In this document: positions 1 through 9,004 of the stretch, one piece after another
How positions within the stretch are numbered: position 1 is the stretch's first letter
Layout: every line of letters begins with the position of its first letter
NCBI GenBank assembly: GCA_050011075.1
Contig: JBEKJT010000003.1
Location: 1 to 32,184 of the forward strand
DNA: 32,184 bases
Direction: 5' to 3'
Source of the DNA: Thermoplasmata archaeon
GTDB lineage: Archaea; Thermoplasmatota; Thermoplasmata; Lutacidiplasmatales; UBA184
Position numbers and translations under genes: made by a program
The notes under the pieces: model-generated
The model's input: only the letters and a program-made list of their open reading frames with translations
Databases searched by the model: none
What the model was told of the DNA's origin: nothing

Positions 1-1327
1 CGAGCTGTTCGGCGACCGCGCCCAGGATCTCGAGGTGACGGTCGACGTCCGCGTCGGTGTGCTGGACCGAGACCGTCCACTGCTCGTCCGGGCCCGTGCC
101 GGACGGAATGAGCCCGCGGTTGAGGCAGAGGTAGTAGTACAGCATCGAACGGTCTCCGTCGACCGTCAGGAAGTCGCGCCAGTTGCGGACCTCGTGGTCC
201 GCGAAGAAGACGGTGCCCGAGACGCCGTCGGCCGCGACGTGGGCCGTGACCCCGGCGTCGTCGAAGACCTCCGCGTACCCCTTCGCAAGCCGACGGTTGA
301 GCCGAGCGGAGCGCTCGAGCGCCTCATCGGTCAGGATGTGGTCGAGGGAGGCGAGGCACGCCGCCATCGCGAGCGGGTTCGAGTTGTACGTCCCGGCGTG
401 GGCGACCTTCCGCGGTCCGACCTCGTCGAGGATACCGGGGCCTGCCGCGATCGCCGACATCGGGACGCCGCAGGCGATCGACTTGCCAAGCGTGAGGAGG
501 TCGGGCCGGACGCCGAGCCGTCCCGCGCCGCCGTGCGGGTATTTCGCACCGGTCTTGATCTCGTCGAATATGAGGAGCGCACCCAGCTCGTCCGCGAGCG
601 CACGCAGGCCGGGGAAGAACTCGTCGTTGGGAAGGATGAAGCCCATGTTCATCGGGATCGGCTCGGCGATGATCGCGGCGAGGTCGTCCGGGTGCTCGAG
701 CGCGATCTTCCGGGTCGCGGCGAGGTCGTTGAACGGGGCGACGAGCGTCCGTTCGTAGACCTCGGAGAGGATCCCGGGGGAGGCCGGAGCGGACCTCGGA
801 TGGTCGGCAGGACCGGCGACCTCGAGCCGGGGCTTGACGCCGACGAGCAGGGTGTCGTGCGACCCGTGGTACGACCCTTCGAACTTGAGCACGTAGCGCT
901 TCTTCGTGTAGGCGCGGGCGAAGCGGATCGAATGGTGCGTTGCTTCGAGGCCGGTCGTGCTGAACCGGACCTGCGCCATGCGGTACCGCCGGCAGATCCG
1001 CTCCGCGACCTCGGGCGTGCGTTCCCATTCGTAGCCGTAGACGCTTCCGTTCTCTAGCTGGTGCGTGAGCGCCTCGACCATCTTCGGATGGGCGTGGCCG
1101 CTCTGAAGGGAGCCGAAACCCATGTTGAAGTCGAGGTAGTCGTTCCCGTCCGCGTCCCAGAGCGTGACCGCCTTCGCTCGGCTGACGTAGAACGGATACG
1201 GGTCGAGGAAGCGGTAATTCGAATGGACCCCGAGCGGGCTCCATTTCCGGGCCGCTTCCCAGAGCACCTTCGAGCGGGGCGTCCGTTGACGGTACTCGGC
1301 GTACGCGGCTTCGAGCTGAGGGTCCAC
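1..1327 (-). CDS. Class III PLP aminotransferase, glutamate-1-semialdehyde aminomutase (HemL)-like subfamily; 3' end runs off the window
   Basis: Read by hand; absent from the ORF track because it has no stop in the window. GTG at 1327 follows GGAGGAGG. Translation MDPQLEAAYAEYRQRTPRSK...WDADGNDYLDFNMGFG...KFEGSYHG...IFDEIKTG...DLLTLGKSIACG (PLP Lys)...HAGTYNSNP...EQWTVSVQHTDADVD. Confidence 0.9.
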   Translation of the reverse strand, partial: MDPQLEAAYAEYRQRTPRSKVLWEAARKWSPLGVHSNYRFLDPYPFYVSRAKAVTLWDADGNDYLDFNMGFGSLQSGHAHPKMVEALTHQLENGSVYGYEWERTPEVAERICRRYRMAQVRFSTTGLEATHHSIRFARAYTKKRYVLKFEGSYHGSHDTLLVGVKPRLEVAGPADHPRSAPASPGILSEVYERTLVAPFNDLAATRKIALEHPDDLAAIIAEPIPMNMGFILPNDEFFPGLRALADELGALLIFDEIKTGAKYPHGGAGRLGVRPDLLTLGKSIACGVPMSAIAAGPGILDEVGPRKVAHAGTYNSNPLAMAACLASLDHILTDEALERSARLNRRLAKGYAEVFDDAGVTAHVAADGVSGTVFFADHEVRNWRDFLTVDGDRSMLYYYLCLNRGLIPSGTGPDEQWTVSVQHTDADVDRHLEILGAVAEQL

Positions 1328-1491
1328 GGTGTCCTCCTCCTCGGGATTCCGGTCCCGGCTGCGGGTCGGCCAGCCGGGGAGCGGGGCCGCCTAAAAAAAG
1401 GGATTGCGCCGAACTCACCCTACGTCAATTGCCGGACCTCGACCCGAGAGGATGAAAACCCCCCGGCGCCTCCGGGTCCTGGGACACCATC

Positions 1492-2940
1492 GTGACCGAC
1501 GCCGTGACGCTCGAGAACTACGTGGACGGGTGCTGGGTCCGCCCGACCGCGACCGGATATCTTGACGTCCCCGACCCGTCCAGCGGGGCGCTCCTCGCGC
1601 GAGTGCCCCGCTCGGGAGCGGAGGATGTCGATGCCGCCGTGCGGGCCGCACGTCGCGCGTTCGCGGCGTGGCGCGACGTCCCGGTCGCCGAGCGGGCGCA
1701 CCGTATCTTCGCGCTGCGGAACCTCCTCGAGCTCCATGCGGAGGAACTCGCTCGCTCGGTCGTCCGAGAGAACGGCAAGACCCTCGACGAGGCTCGGGGG
1801 TCGGTCCGCCGGGGGATCGAGGCGACGGAGTTCGCCGCTTCCGCCCCGACCACCCTTCAGGGTTCCTTCCTCGAGGACGTTTCCCCCGGTGTCGATACGA
1901 CGCTGATCCGCCAGCCGGTCGGCGTGGTCGCGGGGATCACCCCGTTCAACTTCCCGGTCATGATCCCGCTCTGGATGGCCCCGCTCGCCCTCGTCTGCGG
2001 AAACTGCTTCATCCTGAAGCCGTCCGAGCGCGTCCCGCTGTCGGCCGCTCTCCTCGCGCGGTGGATGGCGGAAGCAGGATTCCCGGCCGGGACGTTCAAC
2101 CTCGTGCACGGGGACGCGACCGCGGTCGACGCGCTGCTCGCCCATCCGGGCGTCGACGCGATCTCGTTCGTCGGGTCGGCCCCGACCGCCCATCACATCT
2201 ACGCGACGGCCGCGGCGCACGGGAAGCGGGTCCAGGCGCTCGCCGGTGCGAAGAATCATCTGCTGGTCATGCCGGATGCGGACCTCGACCGGTCGGTGCC
2301 CGCGATCATCTCGAGCGCGTTCGGCCAGTCGGGAGAGCGATGCCTCGCCGGCAGTGTCGTCGTCGCGGTCGAGCCGGGCGCCGACCGGCTCGTCGCGCGC
2401 CTCGCCGAGGCGGTCGCGACGCTCACGACGGGTCCGGCGGGGGACCCCGAGACGGACGTCGGCCCGGTGATCCGGGGAGAACACCGGGACCGGGTGCTCC
2501 GATGGATCCATGACGGGGAGGCGATGGGGGCGAAGGTCGTAGCCCGGGGTCCGGTACCTCCGCAGGCCGGGGGTTACTACGTTCCCCCGATCCTTTTCGA
2601 CCAGGTCCGGCCCGAGATGGCGATCGCCCAGGAGGAGATCTTCGGCCCGGTCCTCTCCGTCATCCGCGCCGCGTCGCTCGACGAGGCGATCGAGATCGCG
2701 AACCGTTCCCGGTTCGGCAACGCGGCGGCGATCTTCACGCGCGACGGCCGGGCCGCACGGACGTTCACGCACCGGATCGAGGCCGGCATGCTCGGTGTGA
2801 ACATCGGCGTCCCCGCGCCGGCAGCGTACTTCCCGTTCGTCGGCTGGAAAGGGTCGTTCTACGGTGACCTCCACGCGACCGGCCGGGACGCGATCGATTT
2901 CTACACTCGTAAGAAGGTCGTCACGAGCCGCTGGTTCTAG
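1492..2940 (+). CDS. mmsA: CoA-acylating (methyl)malonate-semialdehyde dehydrogenase
   Basis: ALDH fold with subfamily hallmarks ITPFNFPVMIPLWM, KRVQALAGAKNH (no ELGG Glu), SGERCLA catalytic Cys, EEIFGP, GVNIGVPAP, FYGDLH, and C-terminal KKVVTSRW. Confidence 0.9.
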   Translation: MTDAVTLENYVDGCWVRPTATGYLDVPDPSSGALLARVPRSGAEDVDAAVRAARRAFAAWRDVPVAERAHRIFALRNLLELHAEELARSVVRENGKTLDEARGSVRRGIEATEFAASAPTTLQGSFLEDVSPGVDTTLIRQPVGVVAGITPFNFPVMIPLWMAPLALVCGNCFILKPSERVPLSAALLARWMAEAGFPAGTFNLVHGDATAVDALLAHPGVDAISFVGSAPTAHHIYATAAAHGKRVQALAGAKNHLLVMPDADLDRSVPAIISSAFGQSGERCLAGSVVVAVEPGADRLVARLAEAVATLTTGPAGDPETDVGPVIRGEHRDRVLRWIHDGEAMGAKVVARGPVPPQAGGYYVPPILFDQVRPEMAIAQEEIFGPVLSVIRAASLDEAIEIANRSRFGNAAAIFTRDGRAARTFTHRIEAGMLGVNIGVPAPAAYFPFVGWKGSFYGDLHATGRDAIDFYTRKKVVTSRWF

Positions 2941-3017
2941 GTCGGACGGCGGAACGGCGGAGGAACCCCCCTCCACCCCGCGAGGATTTCCCGCGCCGCG
3001 GGTGGGGATGCGCAGCC

Positions 3018-3629
3018 ATGGAAGCGAAGGCGCGCCTCGCGCGATGGAAGTTGCCCATCGAAACGCCGCGACTCCTCCTCCGCCTCCCGACACGGAAGGA
3101 CGTCCCGGACCTGCGGAGGAGCTTCCGAGACCCCCGGACCGCCCGGGCGGCGGGAGCTCCGCTGCATTCCGCGACCGAGCGACGGGACCCGAACCGGATG
3201 GTCGTTCGGACCACTTCCGAGTACCACCGGGGCGAGCACCTCTCCCTTTCCGTCCTTCATCGGGAGAGCGGACGGTGCATCGGCCGGGTGGGGCTGCGGG
3301 GCCTCGACTGGCGTTGGAGGAAGGTCGAGAGCCTTGCCTACTGGATCGACCCTACTTGGTGGAACCGCGGCTACGCAACGGAGGCCTCCTGGTTCCTGTG
3401 TTCGGGCGCTTTTCGCGCGCTGGGAATGAGGCGTATCGGCTCTCAGGCGCTCGACGCGAACCGCGCGTCGATCTCGGTCCTTCGTCGGCTGGGCTTCGTC
3501 GAAGAAGGGCGCGAGCGGGAATCGGTGCGCGTCCGGGGGAAGTGCGTAGACATGGTGCTTTTCGGACTGCTGCGAGGAGAGCTGCCCCCGATCCGGTCGA
3601 TGTCGCCCGTTTGGGAACGGCTCGGCTAG
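3018..3629 (+). CDS. GNAT N-acetyltransferase, RimJ/RimL-like
   Basis: IETPRLLLR start, LAYWIDPTWWNRGYATEA acetyl-CoA motif A, N-RAS..VL..LGF..EG motif B. Confidence 0.88.
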   Translation: MEAKARLARWKLPIETPRLLLRLPTRKDVPDLRRSFRDPRTARAAGAPLHSATERRDPNRMVVRTTSEYHRGEHLSLSVLHRESGRCIGRVGLRGLDWRWRKVESLAYWIDPTWWNRGYATEASWFLCSGAFRALGMRRIGSQALDANRASISVLRRLGFVEEGRERESVRVRGKCVDMVLFGLLRGELPPIRSMSPVWERLG

Positions 3630-4966
3630 CCCTCGGGGTCCGCGCGCGCGTCGGCCAGCGCGAGGGCGCGGTCGAGCACTTCGAGCCCGTGGTCGAGCTC
3701 CTCGCGGGTCACGATGAGCGGCGGCGCAACCACGAGATGGGAGACCCAGCCGATGCAGAACACCCCCTCCTTCATCATCGCCGCCGTGACCTGCTCCACG
3801 ACGAGCGGTCGTCCGGCGAGCTTGTCCTCCTCGGTGTTGAACGGGGTCCGGGTCGTTCGGTTCTTCACGAGCTCGACGGCGGCGAACAACCCGAGGCCTC
3901 GCACCTCCCCTACCGAGCGATGGCGGGCGGCGAGCTCCTTCAGGCGTGCGAGGAGGTACTCCCCATCCTTCCGGGACTTCTCGACCAGCCCCAAACGACG
4001 GTACTCCTCGATCGCCGCGACCCCGGGCGCGAGGGTGAGCGGGTGGGCCTCGTACGTGTGCCCGTGCGGGAAGTACGTCTCGCGGAACGTGTCGTGAACC
4101 GAGGCGGTCGTCGCGGTCAGGCCGAGCGGGATCTGGGCCCCAGTGATCCCCTTGGCCGTCGTGAGGATATCCGGCGTGACGTGCCAGCGGTCGACCGCGA
4201 ACCACTCGCCGACCCGTCCCCAGCCGCTCATCACCTCGTCTGCGATCAGCAGCACGTCGTGCTTCTTCGTGATCTCGCGGATCCGGGGCAGGTACTCCGG
4301 CACCGGGACGATCACCCCGTTCGTCCCGACGACAGGCTCGACGATCATCGCGGCGACGTCCCCTTCGTGTTCGAGCTGGTAGTCGACGTACTCGGCGCAG
4401 GCGACCCCGCACGAGGGGTAGGCGAGGCCGAACGGGCAGCGGTAGCAGTAGCAGTCGGGGGCGAAGACCGTTCCTGGGACCTTCTGGAGCCGTTCGATCG
4501 GCCTTCGACGAAACTCGCCGGTCACCGAGATCGAGGCGGCGGTCGAGCCGTGGTACGAACGGTAGCGGGCGACGACCTTGGACCGGCCGGTCACGGCGCG
4601 GGCGATCTTCAGCGCCGCCTCGTTCGCCTCGGTGCCCGAGGTGCTGAAGAAGAACCGACCGAGGCCCTTCGGGAGAACCTCGAGCAGGGAGGTGCTGAGA
4701 CGGGCCCGTGCCTCGGTCGCGAAGCCGGGGGCCGCGTACGCCAACGTGCGGGCCTGCGTCGCGATCGCTTCGGCGACCCGGGCGTTCCCGTGCCCGAGGT
4801 TGGTCGCGATCAACTGGGAGGAGAAGTCGAGGTACTCCTTCCCCGCGCTGTCCCAGAAGCGGGAGCCTTCGGCCCGCGCGATGACGAGCGGTTCCCAGCC
4901 GTTCTGACGGCGCCAGGTCACGTAGTTCGTCTCGCGGACGATCCGTCGGATCTCGTCACCGTCCAT
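3626..4966 (-). CDS. Class III aminotransferase, omega-amino acid/beta-alanine:pyruvate (BioA-like) subfamily
   Basis: YLDFSSQLIATNLGH, SGTEANEAALKIAR, YRSYHGST, LIADEVMSGWGR, DILTTAKG (PLP Lys), HGHTYEAHP. Start placed at ATG 4966 (MDGDEIRR) rather than 5026. Confidence 0.88.
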   Translation of the reverse strand: MDGDEIRRIVRETNYVTWRRQNGWEPLVIARAEGSRFWDSAGKEYLDFSSQLIATNLGHGNARVAEAIATQARTLAYAAPGFATEARARLSTSLLEVLPKGLGRFFFSTSGTEANEAALKIARAVTGRSKVVARYRSYHGSTAASISVTGEFRRRPIERLQKVPGTVFAPDCYCYRCPFGLAYPSCGVACAEYVDYQLEHEGDVAAMIVEPVVGTNGVIVPVPEYLPRIREITKKHDVLLIADEVMSGWGRVGEWFAVDRWHVTPDILTTAKGITGAQIPLGLTATTASVHDTFRETYFPHGHTYEAHPLTLAPGVAAIEEYRRLGLVEKSRKDGEYLLARLKELAARHRSVGEVRGLGLFAAVELVKNRTTRTPFNTEEDKLAGRPLVVEQVTAAMMKEGVFCIGWVSHLVVAPPLIVTREELDHGLEVLDRALALADARADPEG

Positions 4967-5056
4967 GGAGGTACCGGGTTCGGAGGGACGGACCCCGGGT
5001 CCGTTCCTTCGAGCAGGCCGAGCCATTCGCGGTTTAAGAATCCCCGGGACCCCGGT

Positions 5057-5905
5057 TCAGGTCGGCGGGAGTCGAAAGAGCCGTCGGGCGTTGCCGCCCA
5101 GGATCGCATCCCGGTCCGCCCGAGGAAGGTCGAGTCGGTCGACCAGGTCGACCGCGAGCGTCAGTTCCTCGAGGGGCCAATCGGACCCGTAGAGGATCCG
5201 GTCCGGCCTTCCGATCGTCACGACCGCGCCGTGGACGACCTGGCGCGCCTGGACGACCATTTGTTCGAAGTACGGCGCCGACGGGTGCGCGAGGAGTCCC
5301 GACGTGTCGGCGTAGACGTTCTCGTTCTTGTAGACGAGCTCCGCGGCCTCGTTGACCCAGGGATTCCCGAGATGGCAGAGGACGAAGCGGACGTCACGGA
5401 AGCGACCGGCGACCTCGTCGACCTCGAGCGGACGAGCGAACTTGAGGAGGCCGAGACCGTCCAGCGTGTCGCCCTGGTGGATCATCACGGGGAGACCCCG
5501 GCGGTGCGCGTACTCGTAGACTGGGTCGAGCCGCCGATCATGGGGGTAGTACGACTGGTACCCTGGGTAGAGCTTGATCCCGGCGAGGTCCCGTTCGGCC
5601 TCCCAGAGACCGAGCGCGGCGCGGATCGCGTCCTCCCCCGCCGTCGGGTCGACGGTCGTCACCGGGTGCAGACGTCCTCCGCTCTCCACCGCGGTCGTCC
5701 GTCCTTCCTCGAGACCCTCGCGGACGGTCGGAGCCTCGTGCAGCTGGAGAATGAGCCCATGGGCGATCCCGCTGCGGTCCATCTCCGTGAGCACTCCCTG
5801 GACGGTGAAGTCTAGGTCGGGCCGGTAGGCGGTGCGACGGATATCGCGCCACCACCGACTCAGGTGCAGGTGGACGTCAACCCCGGGGGCGCGGCGCGCG
5901 CTCAT
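5057..5905 (-). CDS. Metal-dependent amidohydrolase (Amidohydro_2 family)
   Basis: DVHLH metal motif, GIKLYPGY, VMIHQG, VLCHLG, YADTS, ILYGSDWP, ILGGNARRL. Start placed at ATG 5905 (MSARRAPGVD). Confidence 0.88.
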   Translation of the reverse strand: MSARRAPGVDVHLHLSRWWRDIRRTAYRPDLDFTVQGVLTEMDRSGIAHGLILQLHEAPTVREGLEEGRTTAVESGGRLHPVTTVDPTAGEDAIRAALGLWEAERDLAGIKLYPGYQSYYPHDRRLDPVYEYAHRRGLPVMIHQGDTLDGLGLLKFARPLEVDEVAGRFRDVRFVLCHLGNPWVNEAAELVYKNENVYADTSGLLAHPSAPYFEQMVVQARQVVHGAVVTIGRPDRILYGSDWPLEELTLAVDLVDRLDLPRADRDAILGGNARRLFRLPPT

Positions 5906-5987
5906 CGGCCAGGCTAATCCTCGGCGGGGATAATCCCGCGGGGTGGCCTCCGAGAGTTGATATGGTGGGGGCCGGTACGCACGACCG

Positions 5988-7499
5988 GTGAGCCCAATGA
6001 CGGCCCGATCCGACTGGCTCAGCTTTCCCGACGCGCCGCGAATCGTGCACCCACCGCCGGGCCCCAAGTCCCGCGCTCTTCTCGCGGACCAGGCCCGATG
6101 GGAGACCGACGCGGTCGGCTACCCGCACTACTTCCCGATCGCTCCGAAGGTGGCGCAGGGTTCCACCATCGAGGACGTCGACGGCAACCGGTTCATCGAC
6201 TGGGTCGCGGGGATCTGTGTCCTCAACCTCGGCCACCGTCACCCGGCGGTCGTCGCCGCGCTCGAGGAGCAGATGCGGTCGATCTGGCACGCCCTCGAGC
6301 TGCCGACCGAGGCCCGAATCCGGTTCCTCGAGGAACTGCGCGGGATCCTGCCGGGCCGGCTACGCAATCATGCCCGTATCTTCTTCTCCATCACGGGCGG
6401 CGATTGCATCGAGACGGCGGTCAACCTCGCCGATTTCGCCCAAGGCAAGCGCGGCACGGTCGCGTTTTCGGGAGCCTATCACGGCGTGCACGGAGGCGCC
6501 GTCCACCTGACGAGCGGACGACGATACCACACGACGACCTCGTTCCCTGCGGGCGCCGTGGTTCGGGTCCCGTATCCCGACCCGTACCGCCCGGTTCTCG
6601 GCGCCGACGAGGGGGCCGCGGGGACGATCTCCTACCTCGAGCACCTGGTGAGCGACCCACACTCGGGGGTCGACGCGATCTCCTCGGTCCTCGTGGAGCC
6701 GATCCTGGGGGAAGGGGGCTACGTCGTGCCCCCGGACGACTTCCTCCCGTCGCTGCGCGAGTTCTGCGACCGGCACGGCATCCTGCTCATCGCGGACGAG
6801 GTACAGACCGGCCTCGGCCGGACCGGCGAGATGTGGGCGGTCGAGCACTCGAAGGTCACCCCGGACATCCTCTGCATCGCGAAGACGGTCGGAGGCGGCC
6901 TCCCGCTGGCCGTGGTCGCCTATCGGGACGACCTCGTGAAGGAGCTCCCGCGCGGCTTTCACCTCGGCACGTTCCGGGCGAACCCGCTCGCGCTCGCCGC
7001 CGGGGCCGCTACCCTGAAGGTCCTGCGCGAGAGCGACGTCGTCGAACGCACCCGACACCGCGGGCCCCAGCTCCTCGACCGCTTCCGTTCAATCGCCGAC
7101 CGGCACCCGACCATCGGACAGGTCCGGGGCCGAGGCTTCATGATGGGCGTCGAGTTCGTGCACGACCGAGGGAGCCGGCTGGCGTGGGGCGATCGGGCGC
7201 GCGCGATGCGCTCCGCCCTCCTCGCCCGCGGTGTCCTGATGCACACGTCCGGCGCTTGGGACCAGGTACTGCGGTTCATGGCCCCCCTCGTGATCGAGGA
7301 CGAGCTCCTCGAGCGGGGGACGATCGCCTTCGAGGACGCGCTCGACAGCCTCGAGGCCGGGCCCGAGACCCCCCGGGGCGGGACGGTCCATCCCCCCGCC
7401 GGCCCGAGCGAGCGGCTTCGGCCACCCGCGCACGTGATGCCGACGCCGTTGGTCCCGCCGATCCCGGCGCCGCATCTCCCCGCGGACGAGACGCCCTAG
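5988..7499 (+). CDS. Class III aminotransferase, GabT/EctB/Dat-like (aminobutyrate or diaminobutyrate type), with Pro-rich C-terminal tail
   Basis: PGPKS, DVDGNRFIDW, NLGHRHP, FSGAYHG, EPILGEGGY, DEVQTGLGRTG, DILCIAK (PLP Lys), HLGTFRANP. Start is GTG 5988 or ATG 5997. Confidence 0.88.
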   Translation: MSPMTARSDWLSFPDAPRIVHPPPGPKSRALLADQARWETDAVGYPHYFPIAPKVAQGSTIEDVDGNRFIDWVAGICVLNLGHRHPAVVAALEEQMRSIWHALELPTEARIRFLEELRGILPGRLRNHARIFFSITGGDCIETAVNLADFAQGKRGTVAFSGAYHGVHGGAVHLTSGRRYHTTTSFPAGAVVRVPYPDPYRPVLGADEGAAGTISYLEHLVSDPHSGVDAISSVLVEPILGEGGYVVPPDDFLPSLREFCDRHGILLIADEVQTGLGRTGEMWAVEHSKVTPDILCIAKTVGGGLPLAVVAYRDDLVKELPRGFHLGTFRANPLALAAGAATLKVLRESDVVERTRHRGPQLLDRFRSIADRHPTIGQVRGRGFMMGVEFVHDRGSRLAWGDRARAMRSALLARGVLMHTSGAWDQVLRFMAPLVIEDELLERGTIAFEDALDSLEAGPETPRGGTVHPPAGPSERLRPPAHVMPTPLVPPIPAPHLPADETP

Positions 7500-7503
7500 A
7501 CCG

Positions 7504-9003
7504 TCAGTTCCCCGCGTAATTGACCGAGATCAGCTTGACCTCGGTCATCTCCTGCATTGCGGAGCGCAGTCCCTCCCGGCCGAGACCGCTTTCCTTCACG
7601 CCTCCGAACGGCAGCGCGTCCCAGCGCAGGGTCGTCGGGTCGTTCAGATGGACTCCGCCCGCGCGGATCTGCTTCGCGAGCCGAAACCCGCGCGCGATGT
7701 CCCGCGTGAAGACGGCAGCCTGGAGCCCGTAGGGCGTCGCGTTCGCGATCCGAATCGCGTCGTCGAGGTCCGAGAACCGGACGATCGGTGCGATCGGTCC
7801 GAACGGCTCCTCGCGCACGACCCGGGCCTCTTCGACGACCTCGTCGAGGACCGTGGGGGCGTAGAAGTTCCCTCCGAGCGTCCCGCTCGGCCGACTCCCG
7901 CCGGTCAGCACTTTCGCCGAACGCGACCGAGCGTCCTCCACCAGGATCTCCATTCGCTCGACCGCGCCGGGGTCGATCAGCGGGCCGACCTCGGTCGTCT
8001 CTTCGAGCGCGGGCCCGATCCGGAGGGCGCGCGCCCGCTCGGCCAGCGCGCGGCCGAACTTCTCGGCGACGGACGCGTGCACGAGGAACCGTTTCGACGC
8101 CGTGCAGACCTGGCCGGCGTACCCGAACGCGCCGCGGGCCGCCGCCGCGACGGCGACGTCGAGCGCCGCGTCGTCCAACACGACGAACGGGTCCATACCA
8201 CCAAGCTCGAGGATGACGCGCTTCGCCTGCCGGCCGGCGCGCTCGGCGATCCCTTTCCCCACCTCGGTCGAGCCGGTGAACGTGATGAGGCGGGTCCGCG
8301 GATGGTCGACGAGCGCGTTCCCGACCGAGCCCCCCGGACCGACCACGACGTTGAGGACGCCGGACGGCAGGCCGGCGGCCGAGAAGTGCTCGGCCAGGCG
8401 GAGCGCGGTGAACGGGGCGGCGCTCGTCGGCTTCGCGACGACCGGGTTGCCGGCGGCGAGCGCGGGTGCGACCTTGTGCGAGAGGAGATTGAGCGGGAAG
8501 TTGAAGGGCCCGATCGCGACCACGACGCCGATCGGGTCGCGGACGGTGAAGAGGAAGCGGGTCTCGTTCCCAGCCGGACGCTCGTACGCGTCGGCCGGGT
8601 AGCTCTCCCCGCCGAGGGAGCGGATCTCCTCGGCCGCGATCTCGTAGACGCCGACGGCCCGGTCGACCTCGACGCGGGCTTCGAGGATCGGCTTGCCGAC
8701 CTCGGAAGCGATCAGGCGGGCCATCCCCTCACGGTCGGCCCGCAGCCGCTCCGCGAGCGCCCGCAACAGACGCGCGCGCTCGTGCCCGGGGACGTTCGCC
8801 CATCGGTCCTCCACGTCGGCCGCGGCATCGACCGCGGCCCGAGCCTCGTCGGTCGAGGCTATCGGGGCCTCGCCGAGGGTCCGCCCGGTCGAAGGGTCGA
8901 CCACCCCCACGTATTTCCCGCCGGCCGGGGCGCGCCAGGTCCCCCCGATGAAGAGGGAGCCCCGACCGCTCTTCGGGATCCCTTCGAGCACGGTCCGTAC
9001 CAC
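7504..9003 (-). CDS. NAD(P)-dependent aldehyde dehydrogenase, substrate unassigned
   Basis: PFNFPLNL, FTGSTEVG, LELGG, GQVCT catalytic Cys, EEPFGP, PFGGVKESGLGREG. Starts 1 nt after the upstream ALDH stop. Confidence 0.9.
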   Translation of the reverse strand: MVRTVLEGIPKSGRGSLFIGGTWRAPAGGKYVGVVDPSTGRTLGEAPIASTDEARAAVDAAADVEDRWANVPGHERARLLRALAERLRADREGMARLIASEVGKPILEARVEVDRAVGVYEIAAEEIRSLGGESYPADAYERPAGNETRFLFTVRDPIGVVVAIGPFNFPLNLLSHKVAPALAAGNPVVAKPTSAAPFTALRLAEHFSAAGLPSGVLNVVVGPGGSVGNALVDHPRTRLITFTGSTEVGKGIAERAGRQAKRVILELGGMDPFVVLDDAALDVAVAAAARGAFGYAGQVCTASKRFLVHASVAEKFGRALAERARALRIGPALEETTEVGPLIDPGAVERMEILVEDARSRSAKVLTGGSRPSGTLGGNFYAPTVLDEVVEEARVVREEPFGPIAPIVRFSDLDDAIRIANATPYGLQAAVFTRDIARGFRLAKQIRAGGVHLNDPTTLRWDALPFGGVKESGLGREGLRSAMQEMTEVKLISVNYAGN

Positions 9004-9004
9004 C

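Noticed and set aside
2941-3017. GC hairpins after mmsA as an intrinsic terminator
   Set aside because: There is no U-tract, the stems are short or imperfect in GC-rich DNA, and the downstream GNAT is co-oriented.
2864-5815. 983-aa + strand ORF and similar long ORFs (35-1057, 1420-3093, 10531-12432, 17339-18847, 21263-23737, 30598-32091)
   Set aside because: They are antisense to well-supported genes and carry no motifs; stop-codon scarcity in GC-rich DNA explains them.
5988-7499. Ectoine or norspermidine biosynthesis based on the EctB/Dat-like transaminase
   Set aside because: No EctA-type acetyltransferase, EctC, or diaminobutyrate/carboxynorspermidine decarboxylase is in the window, and the ALDH-rich context favours catabolism.
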